Below are positions 36,881 to 49,203 of a stretch of DNA of 64,000 bases, piece by piece. This stretch comes from Squalus acanthias. Its lineage: Eukaryota. The notes under the pieces are model-generated. The model saw nothing but the letters and a program-made list of their open reading frames with translations. It searched no databases and was not told where the DNA came from. The stretch covers positions 92,382,001 to 92,446,000 of the forward strand of contig CM059432.1 of NCBI GenBank assembly GCA_030390025.1. The letters run 5' to 3'. The position numbers were made by a program, and so were the translations under genes. The first letter of the stretch is position 1; each line of letters starts with the position of its first letter.

Positions 36881-38410
36881 TATAGTGTGTGTGGGATGTG
36901 AGTATTTATCCATCGATTAAGGTACACTATGAGGGCAGGGTGGGGTGGGTGTGTCGGTGCATGATACTTCAAGCGATCTTTTAGGATGTGAATGAATGCT
37001 CATAATTTGAATTATGTTGGCCAGCCTTGTGAGGTCCTAAAACCAGCTCCAGTGCTGTGTTGCTGTTTGTGGAGTGGTTGAGGTGGCACTGACTGACTGT
37101 CACCTCCTTCCATACTGTCTGCACCACCCTCTTATGAGGTTTCTGTTCCTTGGTGCATATCGCCAATCCCTCCTTGCCCTTGTCTCTGACATCAACACCT
37201 CCACAGATTTCTCTGAACATCTGGGCACTTTTACCTCTGCAGGTGCCCCTGATGCTACATCTTCTTCTGCCATTGCCAGCCTGTTTCTGCTCTCTCTCTT
37301 CCTCCAATTCAACTGCTTCTGACCCTTTAATCAGCTGTAGTCGATTAAATGCTTCAGCTAATCTGCATTCCCCTGCTTCCCAACGGCGGTGGACCAGGCA
37401 GGAGAGGGAATACTACTGAAAACATGCTTTGCATACAATGAGACCCCCCCCCCCCACCCCCACTCCAGGAAAATGGTATGGGTTCCTGGCAGTATTAGTA
37501 CAGTGAAACAAATTAAATTCTAAACAATTAATTACAACAGCACAGGAAGAATCAGTACCAATCCAGCACTGTAACAAGACAGCAAATGCAAATATTAAAC
37601 CCATTACTCTTAACTAACGAACTGCAATATCACAATTAGTGAGGTAATTATTTCATACAATCACCAGATGTGTGTGTGTTAAACTATTGAAGGAGTACAT
37701 AGAAGGGAAAAACCTCCAGGGGACTTGCTTCTGAATGTTATTCAGTTAAGTCTGCTGTATATGTGTGTGTATGTATAAGTGAGGATCGGATCATGCTCAG
37801 CTATGATGCGCCTGTGGTTGAATAACCGAGTAACACTCACCTTCATGACCAGTGCGTAAAGAATTATATGTGGTACACTTTCAAGAGAGGAGGGGAGAAA
37901 ACAAGGAAAATAGTTTGGGCTGCATGTGAGTTTGAGATAGCATGTGTTCCAATAGTAACTTCCTTAACTCCTAATATGGTGGTTGTGGAAACTGAGTTTT
38001 GGAGCCATCTGTTCCTGTTTCCTCCTGTAAGTTGCAAGCCCACCTATAAATTCCCATTATAATGCTCCTTTAAGATGGAACTTGCGTGGGGCCACCAGAA
38101 ATGGGGCTGTTCTTCTTGTAATGCCACTGGCTTTTTCTTTGCTTTCATTTTTAAATTCAATTATTTGCAAAATTATATATGATACAAATATTATAATTGA
38201 TTTTTTTAAATGGCCAGCAAAATGCAGCCTGGCAACTTGTGGCAGAACAGCGGACTTCAAGCCACAGATCCATGACACAACAACCACCAGTCCCTGGACT
38301 GCCCATCACTCAACCCACTTGGCTGAGGTTTGTCAGTTCACAGCACAGCCACTAGATGGAGCATGATACAATAGTAAAACACTGATCAGAGAAAGAATGG
38401 AGAACTGATG

Positions 38411-40030
38411 CAACAACAACAACTTGTATTTATATAGCACTTTTAACACAGTAAAACATCCCAAGGTGCTTCACAGGAGTATTAAAAGACAAAAAATTTG
38501 ACACCGAGCCACATAAGGAGAAATTAGGGCGGGTGACCTAAAGCTTGGTCAAAGAGGTAGGTTTTAAGGAGCGTCTTAAAGGAGGAGAGAGAGGTAGCAA
38601 GGTGGAGAGGTTTAGGCAGGGAATTCCAGAGCTTAGGGCCTAGACAACAGAAGGCACGGCCACCAAAGGTTGAGCGATTATAATCAGGGATGCTCAAGAG
38701 GGCAGAATTAGAGGAGCGCAGAGATCTCACGGGGGGTTGTGGGGCTGAAGGAGATTACAGAGATAGGGAGAGGCAAGGCTATGGAGGGATTTGAAAACAA
38801 GGATGAGAATTTTGAAATCGAGGCGCTGCTTAACTGGGAGCCAATAAAGGTCAGCGAGCACAGGAGTGATGGGGTGACTTGGTGCGAGTTAGGACACGGG
38901 CAGCCGAGTTTTGGATGACCTCAAGTTTACGTAGGGTGGAATGTGGGAGGCCAGCCAGGAGTGCGTTGGAATAGTCAAGTCTAGAGGTAACAAAGGCATG
39001 GATGAGGGTTTCAGCAGTGGATGAGCTGAGGCAAGGGCGGAGACGGGCGATGTTATGGAGGTGGAAATAGGCGGTCTTTGTTATGTTGCAGATATGTGGT
39101 CGGAAGCTCATTTCAGGGTCAAATATGACACCAAGATTGCGAACAGTGTGGTTCAGCCTCAGACAGATGTTAGAGAGAAGGATGGAGTCGGTGGCTAGGG
39201 AATGGAGTTTGTGGCGGGGACCGAAAACAATGGCTTCGGTCTTCCCAATATTTAATTGGAGAAAATTTCTGCTCATCTAGTACTGGATGTCGGACAAGCA
39301 ATCTGACAATTTAGAGACTGTGGAGGGGTCACGAGAAGTGGTGGTGAGGTAGAACTGGGTGTCATCAGCGTACATGTGGAAACTGACGCTGTGTTTTCAG
39401 ATGATGTCACCAAGGGGCAACATGTAGATGAGAAATAGGAGGGGGCCAAGGATAGCTCCTTGGGGGACACCAGAGGGAACGATGCAGGAGCGGGAAGAGA
39501 AGCCATTGCAGGTGATTCTCTGGCTACAATTAGATAGATAAGAATGGAACCAGGCGAGTGCAGTCCCACCCAGCTGGATGACGGTGGAGAGGCGTTGGAG
39601 AAGGATGGAGTGGTCAACCGTGTCAAAGGCTGCAGACAAGTCAAGAAGGACGAGGAGGGATAGTTTACCTTTGTCACAGTCACAAAGGATGTCATTTGTG
39701 ACTTTGATGAGAGCCGTTTCGGTACTGTGGCAAGGGCGGAAACCTGATTGGAGGGATTCAAGCATGGAGTTGCGGGAAAGATGGGCAGATTTGGGAGGCG
39801 ACAACAGGTTCAAGGACTTTGAGAGGAAAGGGAGATTGGAGATGGGGCGGTAGTTTGCAAGGACGGAGGATCAAGGGTTTTTTGAGGAGTGGGTGATGAC
39901 AGCAGATTTGAGGGAGAGGGGGGCTGTACCTGAGGAGAGAAAACCATTAACAATATCAGCTAACATGGGAGCCAGAAAAGGGAGTTGGGTGGTCAGCACT
40001 TTGGTGGGAATAGAGTCGAAGGAGCAGGAA
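38411..40030 (-). mobile_element. L2-clade LINE, 3' 1.6 kb
   Basis: ORFs 39397..39813 (QSGFRPCHSTETAL, LLDLSAAFDTVDH, GVPQG) and 38851..39276, with a (CAA)n tail. Same family as 2094-2913. Confidence 0.95.
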
Positions 40031-40059
40031 GTGCGACAAAACTGATTCTATTGCCAGTC

Positions 40060-41168
40060 TTCATTACTGGGGCGGGGGTGGTATCTCATTTTAAGGCTTT
40101 TCTTTTCAAAAAAAACTTCTTGTGATTATACCCTCATTCTTCTGGAAAGTATTGCTTTTAGTTCTCATTTTGCCACAGTTGCTGCAGTACGTCTGTGACC
40201 CAGCCAATTCACCTCCCGCAATATTAGCTGGAGTGACAGACATGAGTGAACTGATTACACCTGTCACTGTGCTGTCCCGGAGGCACAACAAGATGGAGGT
40301 GGAAAGGATGCACAGTAAATCGCACCGGCACTTGTCTGTAGGTGCACCCTCCCCCTTCCACACTTTGGAACATAGCACAAAAATATTAGCTGCTCACGGA
40401 GATTAAACAAGAGAAATTCTTCAAAACTTAATCTCATTCCTATCCTTTTACCAACTCCAGACACCCCGGCACCACCAAATAAACACAAACACAACAGCGG
40501 GATAGGCCAAACAGCAAGATCTTCAACTGCTGCCTGAAACGGGTGCAAATTTGGCAGAATGGCCGCGCCACCTGGCCATTGCCAGCATCAGGAGGCCCAA
40601 CCTGTGAACTATGGCTGGCAAACGGAATCCCTGCTGCAGCTCACCAGGTGTGGGGGGCAGGAACTCAGCCGGCTCCCACACACAAGTCCGGCAGGTTGGG
40701 TTTAGGGGACGGGGAGGTTTTCCCGGGAAAGGAGCCTCATACGGGCCGGCCCGGCAGTGGACCGGGGTTTTTTTTTTGTCGATCCGAGAGAAGCACTCCT
40801 GCTGTTCCTGGCCGCACAAAAATAGAAATTACCAATTTCCTGGGCTGCTTTCTGAGCAGACTCCAAAAGTCTAAGGATCGCTGCTTAGGCCGCTCAATGG
40901 CCGGTACAAATGGGTGGAGCAGGCACTGCACAAGCTCCGCTCTTTTATACCTGAAAGTCGCAACCAGGGACCTACAACCAGTGTAGATCCCTGATTTGCA
41001 TATTTAAGCAGCCTCCTGCCTGTTTGAGATGGGCGTACTGCTCACCCGTTTAGAGCCCCGCCTAAAAATGGCATCAGGCAGGACTCGGGTGGCTACGGGG
41101 CAGCCGAGAGGTCTCCAACCCCCCTATTTTCAGGTGAGAAATGGCCAACCAGCGGTTGAAAATCGGCC
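40060..41168. mobile_element. GC-rich non-autonomous element (Harbinger-like right end); left boundary uncertain
   Basis: Ends ttgaaaatcggcc. The atttgcatat core is seen in related elements. CpG-rich relative to its flanks. Confidence 0.55.
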
Positions 41169-41233
41169 ACACCCCCATCTCCGATTTTTTTTTTAAATAG
41201 AGAGAAGCCTACTTCTACTGGCAAGATTTCTTT

Positions 41234-41398
41234 GGGGTAATATTGAGTTTGGGCAATAGTGTAAAACAGGTGATATCAGATCAGCTTCCCGTTATACATC
41301 GCTCCCGAAAACAGAAATGAAAATCAAGAGAGATGTATAACGGGTGGTGCATCCGATATCGCCGGTTTTATACTATTGCCCAAACTCAATATTACCTC
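41234..41398. mobile_element. Near-perfect 165-bp hairpin MITE in the last intron
   Basis: ggggtaatattgagtttgggcaatagtgtaaaac pairs with gttttatactattgcccaaactcaatattacctc. Inner arms cccgttatacatc/gatgtataacggg. Confidence 0.9.
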
Positions 41399-41863
41399 CC
41401 TTCATTTTCTGAACAGGCAGTGATTTCTCCAGGTTTGTTCCTAAGATAAGGCATCATTACTGACGATAGCAAAACCCAACACTGAAAACCCCTATCACAG
41501 TGCCATCTACAGGCCTATTGGGTATTGCAGCTACATGGGGACACTTTTAAATTGGGATTATCTATCAGACCAGGTTCACATCAGAGTTTTCAATGCATTT
41601 GAAATGGAATGTTTTGACCCACCTACTATTTCTAACATGTAATTGTCTTTTTTTGTCTTGCTTTTCTCTGTGATGACTTAAATTAGACCTGTGATGCAAT
41701 TTACCTCTTCCGATGAGGGCAGCAGAGGGTGATGTAATGTCTGCAGCCATGTACCAATGATCACATTGCACCATTTTCACTCACGCGTTATTAGTAACAC
41801 GGTGCACTGTAGTGAGACTGCACGACCATTACAATTAGTAAACGTGTCTCATTATCCTCACAG

Positions 41864-41923
41864 GAGAGGCATGCCACAGAGGTCCGCAGGAACAAGGAAC
41901 TTCGGGACGAGATCTCCGGCTGA
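41864..41923 (+). CDS. STMN2: Neural stathmin terminal coding exon: ERHATEVRRNKELRDEISG-stop
   Basis: tcctcacAG acceptor (41862-63), 19 codons then TGA at 41921-23. Matches the STMN2/3-type C-terminus (E.HAAEVRRNKE...E.SG). Confidence 0.95.
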   Translation, partial: ERHATEVRRNKELRDEISG

Positions 41924-42685
41924 GAGCTGATGACTGATGCATTTCACCATCCTGAACCAAGCCTTCCACCCGTATATTCTGGATCGTGATACATTAGTAT
42001 GGGAGTCATAAGACATGGTTTAAAAAAAAATCAATTATTATAATCAAAATTTTAGTTTAAAAAATTACACAAAGAAAAATGAACCAATCAGTTTGCAAAA
42101 TGATTTGCTTGATGTGGAAACACAACTTGGGTCTTGTTTTGTAAATACCTACTTTTTTGTTAACAATCTTAGTATTGCATTATACAAGCTGTTTCATATC
42201 TTAATGCGTCCTGCAACAGGCTCTTTATGTTGTCTCCTTCCACTGATTTAACATTGCTAGATCTGCTCTTTGGAAGCTCTGTACTCATCAGTATATAGAG
42301 AGAACCTGAGGAATATCAAGGTCAGATAGTCAATGGTGCTAGTGACTTCTGCGTATACGTCAACCCAGAACTGCCATGTTCTGTATTCCACAACACACAC
42401 TGGCCTTGACCCTTCACTCTCAAGCAACATGGTCTGTTTTTCCTTTGTTCAAATCCCGTTGATCTGTGAGCAGGGCATTGTACTGGTCTTTTTGAGGTGT
42501 GGGGGGGGGGGGGATTGTGCCAAGTAAGGTCACTAAGAGCACCCAAGACCCTACAAATTAGTTCCAGCTGTTAAAGTTATTACCTAGAAGGTTGCTGCCT
42601 GCTTATTCTAATCTTCATTAGTGGTATTTTCATGTATGTCATTGTGAGCAAGCTGTGATAATAAAGAATGGAGTTCTGTGAACTG
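41924..42685 (+). other. Probable 3' UTR of the stathmin gene
   Basis: AT-rich, repeat-free sequence between the stop codon and an AATAAA followed by a GT/T-rich tract. The end is approximate. Confidence 0.6.
42660..42665 (+). terminator. Polyadenylation signal AATAAA
   Basis: Canonical hexamer about 740 nt after the stop codon, followed by tgttcagtctgttcattgctttatt as a downstream GU/U element. Confidence 0.65.
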
Positions 42686-43074
42686 TAAAATGTTCAGTCT
42701 GTTCATTGCTTTATTCTCCTCTGAGTGCTGACTCCGTCTTCATAACACAGTGACAGACTTTTGATCATTTTAAAGGAAACTATTTTGTTCTAAGTGGGTC
42801 AGCAAGGCATTCCCCGATGGCTCAGCTGGCAGATGATGTGGTACCAGGCCATTAGGAACAGGAGTAGGCCATTCAGCCCCTGGAGCCTACTCCACCATTC
42901 AATCAGAGCATGGCTGGTCTGTACCTCAACTTTATTTACCCATCTTTGCTGCACATTCCTTGAAGAATGTGAAGAATGACTGCTTGGCGAAGGCACCAAA
43001 GAGCTACCATACTCACAGGAGCTGTGGTCTTTGAATAGGAGGGGCAAAGAGGGATGCGCAGTATGGCACACCAT

Positions 43075-43258
43075 GGGGGTCATTTTGACTGTGTGCTAGT
43101 GTAAACCAGGTGATAGTGAGTCGGCAGCCCATTTTACATCTCTCCCAATTTATGTTTCTATTGAAGGCAATGGAGATATTAATAGGGCAAGAAGTAAAAT
43201 GGACTGCCGACTCGCGATCATCCATTTTACACGATCGCCCAAAGTCAAAATTACCCCC
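43075..43258. mobile_element. Hairpin MITE of the same broad family
   Basis: GGGGGTCATTTTGAC and GTCAAAATTACCCCC ends, gagtcggcagcccattttac/gtaaaatggactgccgactc arms, CAT/AAT flanks. Confidence 0.85.
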
Positions 43259-44623
43259 AATATTTTGAATTTAGTCTCAACAATAGAGAAGAAGTGAAAA
43301 CAGAAAATACTGGAAATACGCGGCAAGTCCATCAGCCTCTGTAAAGATAGTTAATATTTCAGGAGTAACCCTTTTTCAGAAGTCCAGTTTTAATGAAGGT
43401 GCACACCTGAAACCACAACAGGCTTCGGTTGCCCTGGGTACGGAGGAAAAAAATCCACCCTGGTTTCCACTCTTCATTGCTATGCAATAACTAATGCTGC
43501 GGGTGAGAGCCGCCTCGGATAGGGCGGTGACACCCTCTGTGATTGAATAGCCTGCCAAAATTCAAATATTGGTTCACGCATAAACAATGGATCCTTGGGT
43601 AAAGTGACAAAGGGCAGCTGACACTTGTGTACACCAGCAAGAGTCAACTCCTCCAGGGCTGAAAGGGAGAAAAGAGGGGGAGAAAATTAATTTCTTTTTT
43701 AATTAGTAAAGTAACCATCAAAATGCAATTATACTTAAAAATGCTTGCTGCGGTTCCTTTTTATTCCTTCTATTCTCTGGCATTTTTTAGTCTGACTTTA
43801 GTTTTACTCCTTTCTATCCAATCACTCATTTCCACGTATTCAACCCCTTCCAACCTATTTATCTTCGATCTACAATATAAAACTGGTACATCTACATGCA
43901 CTTCCTGTCTGTCAAACTTCAGGTATGATACTCTGGTGTCATACTTTGGTGATTGGTTCAAAATCAAACAGCCACAAATCAGAAATGAGGAAGTAGGGGT
44001 GGATAAATCAAAAGCAAGTAAAAATTCTGAAAGCTTTTCAGGCAAATGTTTCAGAAAGACATGGCTAATTATGAACTTCTATGCTTTGTTTATACTTTCA
44101 GATCAAAAACATTCTAATTAAAGCCTTTTGAGAGCAAACTTTTTTCAAATGAAACTATTATCAAACTCACCACAGTGCTGGCAAATTCCAGGACCCCACC
44201 TCAGTTGAGCCTAGCTCCAGGACCACCCCTCTCCCTGTCCTACCAAAGCCCACGACCATCCCAGGGCCTCTAAACCCCATGGTCCATAGCTAAGTCTGGC
44301 CAGGCACATGTTGCCTACCATCTTGCTAAGCATCCTGGGCTTTAAAAATTGATAAGAGGTAAATGAATAGATATGTAATGGAACATAAAATAATAATAAG
44401 CAAGGACACTGAGTTATAGTTTTCATGTAAAAATGGACACAGCCACAGAAGTTGACCCTGAAAATATTGCTGAAAATCCCAGATTGCCATCCAATAAAAC
44501 CTCACTTTGACTCAGTCAGTCAGTGCAAATTAGTGGGCCTAATAATAATACACGTTCATTCCATGGCATAACATCCCTACTGTTATAAAACAACGTCACC
44601 ACCAACTCACTGTAACAACACAA

Positions 44624-45065
44624 AAAAAACTTGCATTTATATAGCACCTTTCACAATCTCAGGATGTCCCAAAGTGCTTTACAGCTAATGAGTACTTTTG
44701 AAGTGTCATCACTGTTGTAATGTAGGAAGCATAGCAGCCAATTTGTGCACAGCAAGGTCCCACAAACACCAATGAAATAAACGTTCAGATTAACTATTTT
44801 AAGTGTTGGTTGAGCAGAACACCAGGCGAACTACCCTGCTCTCCTTCGAATAGTGCTGTGGAATCCTTTACATCCACCTGAGAGGGCAGATGGGGTCTCG
44901 GTTTAATGTCTCATCCGAAAGACAGCACCTCTGAAAGTACAGCACTCTCTCAGTGCTACACTGAAGTGTCAGCATAGATTATGGGCTCAAGTCTCTGGAG
45001 TAGGAGTTGAACCCACAACCTTCTGAGTCAGAGGTGAGAGTGTTGTCACTGAGCCACAGCTGACA
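44624..45065 (-). mobile_element. Near full-length Deu-domain SINE (SacSINE1-like)
   Basis: tRNA-like head on the minus strand (gtggctcagtg...ggttgtgggttcaactcc, A and B boxes), a central conserved body and an L2-type tail. Confidence 0.85.
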
Positions 45066-45539
45066 CAAAGGCGACCTGCTAGTAATACTCTAAAAACAGT
45101 GCCCTCCCCAACCAAATTCTTAGCACAAGTGCCAATGAGCAGACTTCCCATTTGCATAAGCCCAAAGCCGGATACCATATCCCAAATCCCGGGGACAGGG
45201 TCACTCGTATAACCATGGTGGGCACATCACGCCTGCAAGGGCACTACAGTGACTGCACGCCACACTACACCAGCCAGAAGCCAGTGCAGCCCATTGCCAT
45301 GAGATGCCCCCAAGGCCTTCTGAACCAAACAAAAGAAATTGGAAGAAAATCTCTTCATTCCCAATGAAGCCATTGTGCATTGGGGATTCATCACCTTAGT
45401 CTAGTAAAGGTTTGAGGCCTTCAGAGGCCCATAACAAAACCTACCATAGTTCTCAATGGGCATAGGTTCCGTTGGGTTTATCAGGAGATGTACTTGGTGC
45501 AATTTCAATGGGAAGCCTGGAAACTTCCAAGGACATGCC

Positions 45540-47700
45540 CCCTTGACGTTAAAAGGGAGGTGTGATAATATTGGTGAAGGAGAGAATGCATGGTGTAGAG
45601 AGGACTGATGGACACAAAAAAGAGGTTCAGAGTCAACATGATTAGCAATCAAAGACAAAAAAGGGAGTGTTACATTAAAGAGGTTGTACCACAGGCCCCC
45701 TTATTGTGGCAGGGAAACAGAAGAGGAAACCTGTAGACCAATGAGAGAAGTGAGTAGGAATAACAACATTATTATTCCAGATTTTAATTATCCACTCATT
45801 GATTGGGACAGGGAAGGATTAAATGGAGAAAAGGAAATAGAATTCCTAAAATGTGTGTAGGAGTCCTTCCTCGAGCAGTATGTTCTAATCATTACAAGAG
45901 GGGGGCGTTGCTATATCTAGTTATGAGTAATGAAATAAATCAGGCAGATGATTAAATAGCACCTTGGGAATAGTGACCATAACATGCTAAGGTTTAAGAT
46001 CCAAATACATTGAGGAAAAGTTAGTACAAAAATAAGGGCACTAAATTGGAAGAGAGTAGGTTTTAGAAAGTTGAGGAGTGAGCTAGCTGAGGTGAAGTGG
46101 AAAGAGAAATTGGAACACAGGACGATAGATAGCCAATGAGATGTTTTTAAAAAGGAGGTCGCAAAGGTGCAGAATAAATATATGCCATTAAAAATGGTAC
46201 TATAAGTTTCAGAATGCCTTGAATAACTAAAGAGGTTAGAAACAATTAAAATCAAAGAGGGTACTGTATATAGGGCCTATAGGTATGATAAAAATAAGAG
46301 AAAATACAAGAAAGTAAGGAAAGAGGTTTAGGGAGGGATGAGGAAAGCATCTCAAAAATATTAAAAAGAACAGTTAAGTATTCTACAAATATATGAGTAA
46401 AAAGAGAATTGTTAAATTGTTTAATATGTGGTATGGAAATATTTGGAATTTTTAATTAAAATTAAATTACTAACAATCTAGTTGAAAAGAAAATGATTAG
46501 AAGCAGCCAACACAGATTTCAGAAAGGATGATCATGCTTGACAAATCTGAGGAGGTGAAGGATATGATGAGTGGGGGAAATGCAGTGGATGTGATGTACA
46601 TGGACTTTCAGATAAACTCTGACAAGGTACCACACAGGAGACTATTGGAGAAGATTAAGGGGGTATGGAATTAGGGGAAAGGTGACAAACTGGATTAAAA
46701 ACTGGTTGGAAGGGAGGAAAGAGAGTAAGAGTTACGGACACTTTCTCAGATTGGTTAGACATGGATAGTGGTGTCCCACAGGGTTCAGTTCTGGGACTGC
46801 TCCTGTTAATTGTGTATTTGTATATAGATCTGAGGTGATTATGTCCAAATTTGCAGACAATTCTAAAATAGGAGGCAGCGTCAATAATTCTGAGGACCAA
46901 AGAACGTGGATATAGATAAGATGGTGGAATGGGCAAAAAAGTGGCAGATTGAATTCAGTATCAGTATGTTTAAGATGGTACATCTTGTTTAAAAAAAGGT
47001 AATAATTATACTTTGAATGAGGGAAGGTTGTGATGTGGAAGAGCAGAGGGATTTGGAAGTTCAGGATCACAAGACATTAAAAGCAGCACCTCAAGTGGAT
47101 AAGACCATAAAAAGCTAATCGAATACTGGGATTCTTGGCAAGAGGTGTAGAATATAAAACTCGAGATGTAGTGTTAAATCTACATAAAATAATTAAGACC
47201 ACAGTTGAAAAACCATGTACAGTTTTGGCCTCCGAAATATAGGAAGGGCTTTGAGCCAGATTCACTATTATGCTGCCTGGTATGAGGAAATACAAAGAAG
47301 AAGATTGATTTGAAAAATTGGGGCTGTTTTTGTTAGAATAGAAGAGATTACAGGGTAATTTGATTGATGCGTTTAAAATTATTAAGGGATGGAACAGGGT
47401 AGATAGAAACAGACTGTTTCCAGGTGATTGAGGGGTCTAGAACAAGGGGATATAAGATTAAATTTAGGACAGAGAGCTGGAGAAACTATTTTACAGAGAG
47501 GGTTGTGAGGCTGTGGAATGCATTGAAGCAGAAACCATGTCAACAGTTAAGAACAGAGTATATAGGTAGGTGAAAGAAAGGGGAATAAATAGATTGGGGA
47601 ACAGGGAGGGCACATGGGATTAGGATTACTGCTCATGTGGAGGATTAACACTAACACCAGTTGGGCAGAACAGTATATTTGTGTATAGTTATTTCTATGT
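45540..47700 (+). mobile_element. Decayed CR1 ORF2 (endonuclease to 3' tail) with many stops and deletions
   Basis: gattttaattatcca (DFNYP), agtgaccataac (SDHN), tgcttgacaaatct (CLTN), ggtgtcccacagggttcagttctggga (GVPQGSVLG) and aaatttgcagac (KFAD). Confidence 0.85.
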
Positions 47701-49203
47701 AACTCCATGTTAGATGGAACTTGTGACTCCTAATTCTAGAATTTATGGCAATCTCAAACATATTATCAGGGTTTGATTTACTGAGATCGATATATTTTTT
47801 ATTAGGTATTTTGAATTATTCAGTCACTGGAAATCAGTGACCACGATAATACATGGCCCGTAACATGGCATAATACCCATGTTGTTATGAAACAGCGGAT
47901 CCTGCCAACTCACTGTAAGCAACATCACAAGAGATCCACTAATGTTTCTAAAGAATCATTCGGTTGCACTGTGGATGTAGCCAGGTCAATATTTAATGTG
48001 AAGATAATGCCTGAACCAGATAATACTTCTGCTGACAAGCAATTTTTACAGGTTGACATTTTTCTAATACATGTACACATGCAATGAGTGTGTTAATATA
48101 TACCTCTCTAATTTACTGTAGAAATTTGTCAATAATACTCAAGTACATTTTAAATAATTTAAAAATATACCTAAATTCAGTGTTGGGTGCCCAAACTTTG
48201 TTTTTCCCCAAATCAAAATGAGGATAGTAGCAGTTTTGCATCTCATCCAAAAACATGAACTGAATTTCCCATTTTGCTCAGTGTATTCTATTAATAGAGT
48301 ACTGTTGCCTGTGTTCAAGACTTTGTTCTCATTGTGCTGTAACAAGCTGCTGCAGTCAGCATTCTAACTCAGGCATGGAATTTTTTCAGCAAGTTCGCTG
48401 AGTGCTTGCAGGCCGAGATAAAGCTTTTATGACTTTGTCACTGAGCCAGCTTGTCTCCTAAAATCCATCGCTGAATGTTTGTCTCACCACCCTTGAACAA
48501 CATTAGGAAACTTCCAAAGTATTTCAGTTCTGAAAAATATTTCTAACCACATGTTGACACTTCCCCTGCCCAGTACAAATCATTCCACTACTTAGAGCAG
48601 CTCGCTTATCTCATTTCCGGTGAATATTCCGTCCATTGAAGTGAGGGCTCTGTGCTAGAGAATGGAAGTGTCGGCATCCATCGCTGCTGCTTTCGGGTGC
48701 AGCATTGGTTAAATGTGCAACAAAACTCCCTAAACTCTGCTCCAAAATTGATGCAAGTCCACCCTCAGGAAAGAAGCCCCACCTACTGTACCAGTTTGAC
48801 ATTTGTAATCCCTACACGAACCATCCAGCCACAAAGGAAAATGTAAGACCAACCCACTCTTGTGCACCTTTTAATAGGCCAAGTTGGAGTGGCTGTGTCA
48901 GGAGAAATAAGATAAAGAAGAGGGAGAAAATGTAACTGAAAATTGGGATTTAAAAAGATTAAAGCTTCTCAATACAGTTGTTCAAAAGCCATGATCACAC
49001 TTTCAATTTTCTGCTTATTCCATTTCAAGGGGAAGTTTATACAGGCCAGGAATTCATAATTGATGCAGATCAGTTGAATACTCAGGTTGCCTCTCGACAA
49101 AAAAACAGTAGCCTGCAGTGACTAGTGCCACTATTGATGGCTGTTTACATTAGTAGCACTTTACCTCAGATGGCATGAGAAGTATATGAGTGTTTTAAGA
49201 CAT

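Larger units (their letters stand above)
34618..37470 (-). mobile_element. Decayed Harbinger element retaining Myb/SANT (ORF2) remnants, with a nested MITE and a CR1 fragment
   Basis: Left end gagctggattttcc. Minus strand about 37235-37022 with two frameshifts reads KVPRCSEKSVEVLMSETRARRD..KPHKRVVQTVWKEV..VSATSTTPQTATQHWSWF*DLTR. Boundaries are approximate. Confidence 0.65.

Noticed and set aside
40523..40986. GC-rich ORFs in the last intron as a nested gene
   Set aside because: No recognisable domain, and they lie within a probable non-autonomous transposon ending at 41168.
41782..41846. Imperfect hairpin over the branch-point region of the last intron
   Set aside because: The pairing consists of short blocks with many mismatches and cannot be distinguished from chance or a decayed MITE.
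43723..44121. 132-aa and 91-aa opposite-strand ORFs downstream of the gene
   Set aside because: No family motifs were recognised and there is no convincing splice-site pair. Treated as chance ORFs pending a BLASTX search.
44990..45065. tRNA gene
   Set aside because: The A/B-box-like sequence is the head of a SINE and continues into the SINE body. No complete cloverleaf is evident.
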